Below, piece by piece: positions 12,401 to 18,860 of a stretch of DNA of 64,000 nucleotides (position 1 is the stretch's first letter; every line of letters begins with the position of its first letter). The notes under the pieces were generated by a model. It was given only the letters and a program-made list of their open reading frames with translations, was not told the origin of the DNA and did no database searches. Source of the DNA: a virus; IMG/VR virus record IMGVR_UViG_3300039106_000244, positions 53,016 through 117,015 of that record; one strand, written 5' to 3'. A program made the translations under genes and the position numbers.

Positions 12401-12881
12401 TATTACGAGTCACTGTAAATGCAGTTTCTAATTCAACTCCACTTGTATTAACATTAACTGGATCTGGCCCATTTTCTAACCAATAATACTGACTGAAATT
12501 AACAAATTTATCAAATGAAATTTGTGGATCGAAACTATAGTATTCCCCATCGAATAATTTTTTATGATTTGGAGTTAATCCACTATAATATTCAAGTTTA
12601 TTTAATAAATCAACATAACTAGCAAAGAATGTAATTTCCTTCTGATCATTACGAACTACAATGCTCGGCTCAAGTTGATACTTTTGTCTTTCGGCAGAGT
12701 TCTCAATTATATAACTATCTTTGCTTTTATAAGTTGGCGCAAATGTTCTTCCGATATATCCATATATGTTTCTTAAATTTGGCTCTGTTACCAATTGGTC
12801 CATTGTTGCCGATAAAAACTTATTGTTAGTATCAGTTTGGAATATGATAGGAAGTAAATTTGAAGTCTTTTTTGTCGCCAT
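432..12881 (-). CDS. Giant (4149 aa) baseplate wedge / virion structural protein with FG-GAP-like propeller repeats and carbohydrate-binding-like motifs
   Basis: Uninterrupted 12.4-kb ORF directly downstream of the gp6-like gene. Repeats FGxx[LIV]...G[AS]V[YW]x[FY]; WxxxxxYxxGDxV motifs; Thr/Asn/Ser/Val-rich C-terminus. Confidence 0.75.
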   Translation of the reverse strand: MATKKTSNLLPIIFQTDTNNKFLSATMDQLVTEPNLRNIYGYIGRTFAPTYKSKDSYIIENSAERQKYQLEPSIVVRNDQKEITFFASYVDLLNKLEYYSGLTPNHKKLFDGEYYSFDPQISFDKFVNFSQYYWLENGPDPVNVNTSGVELETAFTVTRNTNIVRYNISANGTIKDTIILARGGQYTFEVNQPGIGFWIQTELGIDGKVNATPTVSTREVLGVVNNGLDVGTITFNVPQTTAQNRYVSMNVVASVDYALPIAYDTIQNQYLSQFIETYPQYAGLTGQLDGQTMIFVNQELLTNYGEAAWTIPAVIDPVTNLTIPGYNAGDIIPDADRFGVWRIQFVDATAANPLIRLVHIQDILLDEKVYIRSGLVNANKEFFKDYDTFLHVVPVISSIQDTLYIQDGTDPSMYTAIKLVDITGWDIDVEVDILRKSTYTSPNGISFTSGLKINFSTDVTPIAYRNKEYYVEGVGTSAGIRLIDVTALVTPELYNDEIALNYPNGLPGNAANADYITINRASKDLNAWSRSNRWFHSEIISLTATYNSVQPIYNQTLRAQRPIIQFEEDLQLFNFGRIGKQAISILDTTTRDAFNELHGQELTVIAGVTLYDGMRIIFASDIDPVVRNKIYVINLVQIQIDTNGLLTGPIYINLNPANDATNEIYDTVVVTSGIHKGTQWWYNGDIWIESQQKTGLQQDPLFDVYDANGTSLSLYSSSTFLGTKLFGYNRTSTSTLIDTVLAFPLKYTTFQTQGNIEFTNYFDTDMFSYIVEQTQYNKHITTGFLQQIVDRNTVIPKNNWATVNEPLHQEQLITYNYDGTNSPFKIDVTVLPSDIVPHIRVYKNNIFVQQSNWSIINNAITLSVAPVIGDKIDILVFSDEISKIGQYQVPQNLDLNAQNINLTSLTLGQLRNHLVELSQRSTELVGDIFGSSNLRDIEIKSQGGNILQHSAPVSNAILFLLNDTTNFIDATRYAQQEYARFKNKFLELSATLSGIQPTDPASSVDLILTEINKIKNKTFPWFYSDMIPYGTLKNIVNGTGYTVFDPLVRSYEITTVFDAYALSNKAILVYLNDIQLMLGRDYTFDTDRPAITIANTVTLEVDDIIKIVEYADTNGCYVPETPTKLGLYPKFLPEIFLDDTYRTTINVIRGHDGSITPAFGDYRDDFVLELEKRIYNNIKLLDNGSYQDIYSVKSGKFRNDDYSLTEVNQLLSKSFLNWIGNNKIDFTVNDTFESNDPFTWNYSRFVDRISGEALPGSWRACYQYYYDTIRPHQTPWEMLGFAIKPAWWEEEYGPAPYTGGNKLLWDDLEAGLIRRGENAGIAPNFIRPGLSTAIPVDDHGFLKNPASIMTASFNSIRAATSWAVGHEGPVETAWRNSSDFPFAMQQALALAKPARYFGLLIDVSRYSMNKNIGQYLTDTNDHIKQTSLTFNGDTSSGTVVRTAGYINWIADFLVNQGIDPSTIITPLLKNYEINLAYKMAGFSDQKYLQVLAEQSSPTSTNDSIIIPNENYNVHLYKSTPVEKIAYSGVIIEKTTNGYSVRGYNLSNPYFTIIPSVINSNAYKINVLNNSVTVFKDYQNLKLTVPYGYEFNSQQQIADFLISYERHLMAQGFTFNDTDEQLGETRNWKLSIKEFIFWAQQGWAAGSILVLSPVANVLNVVTVGAITDAITDNQHGSRVLDQNFTLVKTTNYNVLRSPTSFKITLTNDAVIGYIELNLVQYEHVLIFDNTTVFNDVIYKPELGNRQFRLKLIGQKTADWDGSLNAPGFMYNSGAIDVWQGGKDYLKGDLVQYKNQFYVALQNISATIEFAFAYWKQIAASEIKKGLMPNFATIAAKSQLYYNSHTTFNDSDQIRYSHGLIGFKPRQYLADLGLSDTTQIELYKGFIKQKGSANAVNQLINAEFNNTGNSINFYEEWAIRTGEYGALNINPYVELALDEKAFSVNPATASFVTDTSGNGVTIFNKSQLYKSTEQYNGTIALNRDAHSDYSNDILTAGYVNINDVSTTIFDLANFVNLDDRLNAMGTGYTIWCAKDFTQNWNVYRITETDNNIILVSNSLDGYITFTTNKLHGLLVGDVFMTRNFNTAFDGFYQVEEVLDLTNILVKYSGDTAQLTTIDGNGMLFNLHSLRFDYMETARLYVPPHGWHIGEKIWIDDDAETNAVQGQPFGTQPSGTWKVYEKTHPWSMGQRLVKNTSEYSANIGFGRSLKMIDNAEQTIFTGTTLYANLSVSTNTGAVNIFEKNASNVYVETTSIIPDGANTFTFGSHIDTAVDSFINDGVDTRETLAISAPTSSGLGGAANVGLMYIYKETASTENWVRGQVIAGNVSATGGKFGTGFAFDELGHWLYVSAPYEATPKVYVYGLQRFVTEATGNVTTSGSVSTITVPFTRDTIVSSTDANSVLVTSATRTYIPRIDYTISGQTITFISGNVNGTFTISQGPYYTLVETISGPAGSEFGYCIDASLNGAQLGVGAPGDGVIGSTGVTLAQAGAVYVYDRVIEAFNSTNGTVYTTQEIIADVHKVTVDDIEIFNYTKTGTNEITLFVPLGVGKVVKIETNKFTLLERLIGIDTLDGSLSAIQAGARFGSALTICSNNCAFYIGAPYYNAGTIYNTGAVWKFHNRGTLYGTNTGYIHNPTFTPGDTIRLDNFQITVTGTSLDSLVQDINDANLLGITAVNEAGYLRLNSDKTVAKNRLRILSASGTVYEDAGMAIFAFMQIIVNPYHSNNEYFGTKVILARNAYMLVISSDRGTTNHYTTFDDGTATTFDNISTAFFDSVNASGSVYTYELYDDPRNAVEHPGRYAFCQQLDPTDLNTGDGFGAAIDVIGGHIVVSAPSDDTTITDGGSIYVFSNPTGKRGWSLLRYQQPTVDIESISRLYLYSNLSNTILKTLEFIDPAKGKISGLAEQEISYKTGYDPAVYNRGTNNAVNLNDNIFWNSNQVGQVWWNLSLLSYIDYEQDTLTYRSINWGKLFPGSIVEVLEWVESAYLPSMYVANGGEGQPKYEDDSAYVELIFVDPITNIIGIKYFYWVKNKTTVDPNNEFRHIPILAVQDIIENPKNQGVPYAAIIQNNALIVYNIVDYLSSQNTILHIDYNTIKNTNIIHSEYELIQKGNADSAISPKIINKLIDSLAGIDILGATVPDPALSTADKFGLGVRPRQTMFIDRFTAWSNLIDYANSVLITTPIARNCDLTNLTASEPQPNIKLGEYDLKIATELELELIDITTLDPGYKILVEQDTTRNNLWVVYELSINNTWEVVKIQSYKTDLYWDYVDWYAPGYGVETQLEYVVDTLTDALKLPVKVGDDVLVRVSRGGDHGWNLLVLNSQNHFDVVGIQNGTVQLKTSNGTLINNTTPTIEVRYIITALRDDIFVGELDSEFNKLFFVVVNYIFNEQKYVDWIFKTSFISVAHTLRTLAQTPNYIKDNQTYYQDYISEVKPYSTKIREYSINYNSTDEYAGNISDFDVPAYYDTDTQIFRSPSGENIIKDEALWQTDTYSQWYANRNYKVESIVVEYSGSGYTAEPIVTIVDGGLAASGATARAIIDFDLGTVIRIDIIAGGSGYYVTPTVLINGSCTTPARAYAMLANNQVRSINTTLKFDRVNYTSSVQEWSANTAYTIGDIVTHTGSLETATRNAYIVTANIVSGSTFIHTTDYTIYNASDFTTANDRITGYYEPGASMPARDLTQLLRGIGYPGVKVQGAGFDQAPGFSGPTPFDEGVFDNIQYDADGLPMLDDYTIDSIIRSDYTDLALGTRAEDINVAGGAYVDTYSSHAPEELVPGIVFDTLDMQVYTKINGNVDVIGYRMFSNMMREESYLRIASAHSTTLASNLAITDTTIVVADASKLTAPFIDTVGLGQIAIPGVIFINGERITYYTRNLLTNTLGQIRRGTQGTGTPALYTAGTLITDGSIDQLVPNVVSNISLSTITPYTVTTTRSYYLSLTGNVSANVGDVITQSVSGASMTVAGIDSVARVLLVIRNNTNSLTYQNNDVALSGNVTVTAGDYITQSSTGANLTVLTSGANVSNISLSYYGITTLTTGKAGGNIAINGSNVAIYPTTITSNVSLSSAIIINGTSTGNVYPLSIVPVGRNDAGNPFVDSNGNVTIAANISLHTTNVWYNLGSGVATDGTGFNGATTAPVTFLKASTATLIAP

Positions 12882-12910
12882 GTTATTATAATCTCAAGTG
12901 TTATATGTAT

Positions 12911-15900
12911 TTAAGCCAGTACAGTTTGGTTGATTTGCGCCGCAGTAATAGCAGTAATTATTTGCACATTATCTACCGTTGCAGCACTTACAATAATTTC
13001 ATTATAGCTTGCATTAATTTGTAGCAAGCTACCAAATATACTAGATTCGCTAGATGGTACAATTGTAATACTTGCAATATTTGGTGCAAGTACGCTATGC
13101 AAATATGCACTTAACTCACTAAAATAAAATGTTTCGCCAAAGTCCCAATTTGCAACATCAAAATAATTGTTAATTGCAGTAATTACTCCAGTTTTAATAT
13201 CATTATCACTAATAACAATACTGGAATTTTTTACAACTTTAAAGGTTGCTTGTAGTGATGTAGGTGCCTTTGCACCAAATATTGGTTTAAACTTAGCAGG
13301 ATTGTAAATAATAGTATCTGTCAGGTTTTTATAATTATCCAATGTACTAAATTCTGTACTTAGTGATTCTACACTAGGAGCAGTAGGCTCGGCTACTACA
13401 CCAGTAGTATCTCGAATCCATGCTGTATAATCAGTTGAATATTGTTTTGTTAACAAATATAAGTCAATGATATTATTTGGACTAGGGTCAATACGACGAT
13501 AGTTTGGACTATTATGTCTATATTGGAAATATAAATCTTGTCTACCAACTTTTGCAGTGTATCCAGATACTTCAGTTAGTGCATACGATGCACCAGTTAC
13601 TACTAATTGATAAAATTTATTCTCTGGTGCAATATAGAATAGTTGCCCGGATTCATACAAGGTTGAATCAACTTGTGCTTCGATTAATGTTGCATATAAC
13701 GAGTTCACTAGACTATTACTCACTAAAGTTTGTGTAACAAAATTATTATATCCATATGTAGCTTGGAAATATACATATTTGTCTTGACTGTTTATGTCCG
13801 GATTAACAATTAGTTCAAATAATTCCGGATTGTCTAAAATACTATTATTATCGATATCTGCAAATGTAACTAATATTTTACTAGGATTTTCATAGCCATC
13901 AACTTCAATAATGTTTTTATAGATATACCACGTATAATCTAGCGCCAATGGGGTTGAATTGTCTGGGTTGGAATTTACTTTTAATACTTTAATATTATCG
14001 TGTACTGTTAATCCAGTCACCGGGTTATATACCTTTACAGTATTATCAAAATAAAAATTAGTTTCGTTTGCGCTTTCAAATATATAATTCATTCCACAGT
14101 AAGAAACATTATATGTTTGTCCTATCGGTTCAAATCGAATTAACCAACTTGCATCTAACCCGGTACTGCTAGTATTACCAGTATAAGCAAGACTAAACTC
14201 ACCAATATTTAAATCCCCAGGCAATATTATTACCCATGTTGTAGTATTGATATCATATCGTAAACCAAAGTCTTCGTATGCCTGTATATAACCTACTATA
14301 GAATCTACTAGTGCAGGCGAAAACCCTGTGTTAAATACTGCATATACTGTAGTTGCTATTGCACCATTTGGTACTTGTTCACCTAAAACAACCGGACCGG
14401 CGCCTGTTGATAGATTACCAACTCCACCATTTGTACCATCACCAACAACTTGCTGAACTGATGCATATATGTAATATTTGTCGCCTGCTTTACTAGGGGT
14501 ACCTGTTTGGATACTATTTCGTGAATCAAAATAGTTTCCAGTACCTGCACTAAATTTAATTATAGAATTTTGTTTAATATATCTATTATTATTTGCAACT
14601 ACGTCGCCTATTTGTAGTATAGCATTATTTGAATCTACTAGATATCCAGTGGTTCCATTTGTTACTGTAGTTGAATGGTGCCAGTATGCATCACTAATAG
14701 TAATAGTAGGATATTTGCTGTAAAAAAATTGTAATGTTTCTTGTGATGAAACAATTGGGTTTACTTTATTATAAATTGCTTTGTAAATATCATTTTTTGT
14801 ATTATAATCAAACGAAAAGGTGTTAATAAATGGGTCACGATATAATACACCGTCTTCAGCAAAGATGTTTGTACTTGAATATTTTCCAGTTGTATCAACC
14901 ACATCTAAATAACGACTAATACCACTCGATGTACGGTTAACTGCCTTAACTTTAAGTATATTACTAAACAATGTATATGGAAGAATATTATAATCTTCGC
15001 CTGTTACCATACGATCTTGTGTATAATATTGTTGTGGTGCTTTTTGACGTATATCTTCAAGTGATTCACGTGAGCTAGCATTAGCAACTGTATAACGCAA
15101 ACTTGCACGTATAGTCATAGTTTCGACTCTACCAGTTCTACTTGTATAATTAACAGGCAGGACCATACCTTGCATTTCATCTGGTGTGATTTTATAATCG
15201 GCACCGTTGCTTACTCTGTAATATAATCTATAGTTACCTTGTGGAATATTTGCGAACGCACCATCGCCAAATACTAAGTCAATTTGATCGCTTGCACGAG
15301 TATTAACTTGATAGATAGATTTGCTAGAACTTTTGTTGTAGATAACATTAGTATTACCCACCGACGGTACTTGTGTCCATAATGCACTTGGTTGACTTTG
15401 TGAATCTAAACTATACAACCAAATATCGGTATTATTAATGTTATCTACATTAATACTATATACGCGATTTGGTGTGCTCTCTTGGAATGTGAAATCAATC
15501 GTTTTTAATTCGCCTTGTTTAAAATACGTAAAGAACCCAGTATTTGTACTTGTATTACCTAAATTATCATTTTTATACAATAGATTAAATGGCTGACCTG
15601 GCAACGGTGCGCTTTCGTATATATAAGTTTTTCCAACACTTGTTGGACTAACCATTTCAAATTTAGTAGTTGTGCCTTCAATTTTAGTTGTAAAACTATA
15701 CGTCGCAATAATGCCAGGTACTAAATTTATTTGATATTCATCATTAGTTATACCATTAATAAGTTGAGTGCTACCGGGTTTACCAATCGATTGTGTCGAC
15801 AATAGTCCGGCATTAATTATTGCTGTAAATTGTTCATACCAATTATCGTTTGCTGAATCTGACCAATCAATTACTAACCCTGCTAAATTAATACCATTGC

Positions 15901-16294
15901 TATCATAGACAGTTTCAGTTGTACTTACACTATCAACTTTCAAAAAACCACTTGATGGAATATTACGTTTAGGATTATAAGAAATTAGTTTAGCAAGTTT
16001 AAGAATACTATCACGGCGTTGTGCAGTATCCATGAAGTTTTCACGTGCGTTTAAGTCGCCACGGAATGCCAGTGATTGTCCTAGGAATGCAATTAAATCA
16101 ATAAGTGCAATAAATTCACTTGATTCGATAAAGTCATTAAAATCTTCTGGATAGTATAAACGTAAATAATCAATCATCGACTTACGAAGTGTTTCGTAGT
16201 CATAGCTTTGAAAGTCCGCATTACGGAAGGTTTGATATAGTTTAGTCCAGTCTTCTGCAACTAATAAACCCGATTGTCTTGTAGTAATAGCCAT
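12911..16294 (-). CDS. Baseplate wedge subunit, T4 gp6-like
   Basis: N-terminal DFQSYDYETLRKSMIDYL...FNDFIESSEFIALIDLIAF...ENFMDTAQRRDSILKLAKLISYNPKR and ESLEDIRQKAPQQYYTQDRMVTGEDY are gp6/baseplate-J-type motifs; follows gp25. Confidence 0.85.
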   Translation of the reverse strand: MAITTRQSGLLVAEDWTKLYQTFRNADFQSYDYETLRKSMIDYLRLYYPEDFNDFIESSEFIALIDLIAFLGQSLAFRGDLNARENFMDTAQRRDSILKLAKLISYNPKRNIPSSGFLKVDSVSTTETVYDSNGINLAGLVIDWSDSANDNWYEQFTAIINAGLLSTQSIGKPGSTQLINGITNDEYQINLVPGIIATYSFTTKIEGTTTKFEMVSPTSVGKTYIYESAPLPGQPFNLLYKNDNLGNTSTNTGFFTYFKQGELKTIDFTFQESTPNRVYSINVDNINNTDIWLYSLDSQSQPSALWTQVPSVGNTNVIYNKSSSKSIYQVNTRASDQIDLVFGDGAFANIPQGNYRLYYRVSNGADYKITPDEMQGMVLPVNYTSRTGRVETMTIRASLRYTVANASSRESLEDIRQKAPQQYYTQDRMVTGEDYNILPYTLFSNILKVKAVNRTSSGISRYLDVVDTTGKYSSTNIFAEDGVLYRDPFINTFSFDYNTKNDIYKAIYNKVNPIVSSQETLQFFYSKYPTITISDAYWHHSTTVTNGTTGYLVDSNNAILQIGDVVANNNRYIKQNSIIKFSAGTGNYFDSRNSIQTGTPSKAGDKYYIYASVQQVVGDGTNGGVGNLSTGAGPVVLGEQVPNGAIATTVYAVFNTGFSPALVDSIVGYIQAYEDFGLRYDINTTTWVIILPGDLNIGEFSLAYTGNTSSTGLDASWLIRFEPIGQTYNVSYCGMNYIFESANETNFYFDNTVKVYNPVTGLTVHDNIKVLKVNSNPDNSTPLALDYTWYIYKNIIEVDGYENPSKILVTFADIDNNSILDNPELFELIVNPDINSQDKYVYFQATYGYNNFVTQTLVSNSLVNSLYATLIEAQVDSTLYESGQLFYIAPENKFYQLVVTGASYALTEVSGYTAKVGRQDLYFQYRHNSPNYRRIDPSPNNIIDLYLLTKQYSTDYTAWIRDTTGVVAEPTAPSVESLSTEFSTLDNYKNLTDTIIYNPAKFKPIFGAKAPTSLQATFKVVKNSSIVISDNDIKTGVITAINNYFDVANWDFGETFYFSELSAYLHSVLAPNIASITIVPSSESSIFGSLLQINASYNEIIVSAATVDNVQIITAITAAQINQTVLA

Positions 16295-16344
16295 ACTATT
16301 TCCCTGTTATAATGTATTTATTTAAGGAAAAAGTACGTAGTTTA

Positions 16345-16722
16345 TTAGCGAGCAGTAAGTGTTCTGGTCTGATTATTGAATCTTAAATTCATTAGATTTG
16401 TTTGATTTGTTTGTAAATAACGTAGTTCGAGTTCAATTTGAATGCCTGTTTCGAATTCAGTAACAATGACATTATCAATTGATACTCGTGGATCATACGC
16501 AGCAATTGCTTTGATATCAGCTATAATTGCACCTTTGAGTTCGGCTGTAAATGGGTCATATAATACGTTCCAAATAATGGTGCCAAAGTTTGGATTCATC
16601 AATTTCTCACCTTTGCGAATGTGAAAGTGATTTACTAAATCTTGCTTAATCAACTCAAAGTCAGTTAACCGAAACTTTTTATTTCGCCCAACTGTTGAGA
16701 ATCCTTTATATAAAATAGCCAT
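16345..16722 (-). CDS. Baseplate wedge subunit / sheath initiator, T4 gp25-like
   Basis: IKQDLVNHFHIRKGEKLMNPNFGTIIWNVLYDP...YDPRV is the gp25/GPW signature; 125 aa. Confidence 0.9.
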   Translation of the reverse strand: MAILYKGFSTVGRNKKFRLTDFELIKQDLVNHFHIRKGEKLMNPNFGTIIWNVLYDPFTAELKGAIIADIKAIAAYDPRVSIDNVIVTEFETGIQIELELRYLQTNQTNLMNLRFNNQTRTLTAR

Positions 16723-16741
16723 AATAATATTTATCCTAGGG

Positions 16742-18838
16742 TTATGTGGATTTAATTGGTTGATCTAGCGTTGCCATTTTTGGTGCTAATACTGATATAG
16801 CATATTTGCCCTTGGCAAAATAATTATCACCGGTGGTACCGTATTGATCTGTTTTGCTACTACCACCGCGCCAGGCTTTTGCGCCGCCTGCGCCTAATAA
16901 ATGACTGACTGCTAATAATCCTGCAACATCTTCGGGTGGAGTATCTTTAGTTACAGTACCAATATTACATAATGTTTTGTAATTGCGTTTAGTATAAGCG
17001 CACATTGCGGCTTCTTGTACAGCAGGGCTTGCTAGGAATTTTTCTAAACTGTCGATACCATCTTTGCCAATCCAGTTATTTGGATTATTCATTTGACTAT
17101 TACTCTTACATGATCGTTTAACATAACCGCCGTCAATTAGTGCCGGATAACCAAATTGATATTTCCCCACAAACCCAATTGTGTTAACTACATCATATTT
17201 TCCGTTACTTTCGCTTTTACCTATCACTGCATAATATGCTGTCATTTGCGCAGAATTTAATTCACCCATTGCACAATCAGTAGTAGGTTGGTTACGTAGA
17301 TCAACTTCGGTTGCTGGATTTTTAATAGGTGATATTGTTGTTTTAGTTGCGTCGGTTGTACCTGTGTACTTAGCTGCAGGTTGTTGTCCTGGTGATTCGG
17401 GTTCAGCAAATGGTGCAGCTTCGCCACGTCTAAATGGCTCGTGAGTAGGAGCAACAACAACTATTGATGATAAGCTACCAGTGCTGGTATATAAGCCAAC
17501 CGATGTATTAAGTACAGTATCGGGTAAGCTATTAATTTTTATTTCTTTAGGCTTTTCAACAGTTTTTGCACCACCGCTGTTCTGTTTAATCAGTGATCCG
17601 GTATGTGCTATATCACCCGATGATTTCATTGATATACTAGCCGAATCAACATTAAACGGTGAATCACTTTGTAAGCCTATAGTGCCCGAGGCACCCACAG
17701 TAACTACACCAGTAGACAACATATTAAAACTACCGCAGTCAATTTGAAATTTACTGCCTGATTTCATGTTTATTTTATTAGCAGCATTAAGATTTATATT
17801 AGTATCTGAATGTAAATTAATAGATCCTTTACTTCTAACATTAAATCCATTATTAGTAAAGATATTAATTGCACCATCTGTAGTTAGTTCAACCCAACTT
17901 GTTCCGTCACCGTGGGCAATATATAATGTATTGTCCGTGTCGTTCATCATTATTTGATGTCCGGTTGCAGTGCGCAATCTAACTAATTGATTATTTCCAA
18001 TAGCATCACCGTCGTCCATCACAAATGTATGACCGCCTTTGCGAGTTGTGTATCGATAGTCGTCTTCGGTAAGTGTACCTGCTTTTACTTTAGCATTATA
18101 TATATCAGGGTTATCGGCTGGGTCGTCGGCGTAAGGACGACCGGGTGTACTAATACCAAAAACATTGCTCGGGCTTTCACGCTGGCTGCTACTAGTAATT
18201 GTACCGCGGGCAGTATCTCTGTCTAATCCTTGTGTTTTTAATATAGAATATTGTTGTTCGTGTATTGGTTTAGGATTGTCAATAAAATTCGGTTTTGCGC
18301 TTAAATCTTTATTAATTTCATTATATTCAACTACTGGAGCAACAGTTCCTGCTGCATACGAGGTTAATGTATCAGCCGATGCTCCTGATATATCAATCTT
18401 ATTACTACTTGCCAATCCTGGCATCATATGTCTGCTAACATGCGAATTAACACATGCAATAAAATATCCACGTAAAGGATCACCTGCAATGAATATTACA
18501 ATTACTTCTACTCCGACATCCGGTGGTACCATCCACATGCCATATGTATGTGGTACATTTCTAAATTTGTTATCTATATTAGGTTTATCTGCATACTTTG
18601 ATGCAATATCAGTGGTACCCATAAATGGGCTAGCATAACTAACTGTTCTCCAGTTTGCTGATTCATCTGGATCACCACCTAGGTCTGGTATCCATACTTG
18701 CAATCTCCCTGCACGTGTAGGGTCAAGATTGTTTTTAACAATACCAATGTATGGGTGTGGGTCAACTCTAGTTGCCGCGGCTTCTTCTCTGCGTAAACTT
18801 TTAATAACCTTATTACCGACTCTATGATCTATTGCCAT
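16742..18838 (-). CDS. Baseplate central spike, T4 gp5/VgrG-like, with C-terminal lysozyme/transglycosylase-like domain
   Basis: N-terminal OB-fold motif GIVKNNLDPTRAGRLQVWIP...GMWMVPPDVGVEVIVIF; beta-helix region (GHTFVMDDG, GHQIMMND); C-terminal KSESNGKY...GKYQFG...SHLLGAGG. Confidence 0.85.
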   Translation of the reverse strand: MAIDHRVGNKVIKSLRREEAAATRVDPHPYIGIVKNNLDPTRAGRLQVWIPDLGGDPDESANWRTVSYASPFMGTTDIASKYADKPNIDNKFRNVPHTYGMWMVPPDVGVEVIVIFIAGDPLRGYFIACVNSHVSRHMMPGLASSNKIDISGASADTLTSYAAGTVAPVVEYNEINKDLSAKPNFIDNPKPIHEQQYSILKTQGLDRDTARGTITSSSQRESPSNVFGISTPGRPYADDPADNPDIYNAKVKAGTLTEDDYRYTTRKGGHTFVMDDGDAIGNNQLVRLRTATGHQIMMNDTDNTLYIAHGDGTSWVELTTDGAINIFTNNGFNVRSKGSINLHSDTNINLNAANKINMKSGSKFQIDCGSFNMLSTGVVTVGASGTIGLQSDSPFNVDSASISMKSSGDIAHTGSLIKQNSGGAKTVEKPKEIKINSLPDTVLNTSVGLYTSTGSLSSIVVVAPTHEPFRRGEAAPFAEPESPGQQPAAKYTGTTDATKTTISPIKNPATEVDLRNQPTTDCAMGELNSAQMTAYYAVIGKSESNGKYDVVNTIGFVGKYQFGYPALIDGGYVKRSCKSNSQMNNPNNWIGKDGIDSLEKFLASPAVQEAAMCAYTKRNYKTLCNIGTVTKDTPPEDVAGLLAVSHLLGAGGAKAWRGGSSKTDQYGTTGDNYFAKGKYAISVLAPKMATLDQPIKST

Positions 18839-18860
18839 TTATTAATTTCCTTATTTTTGA

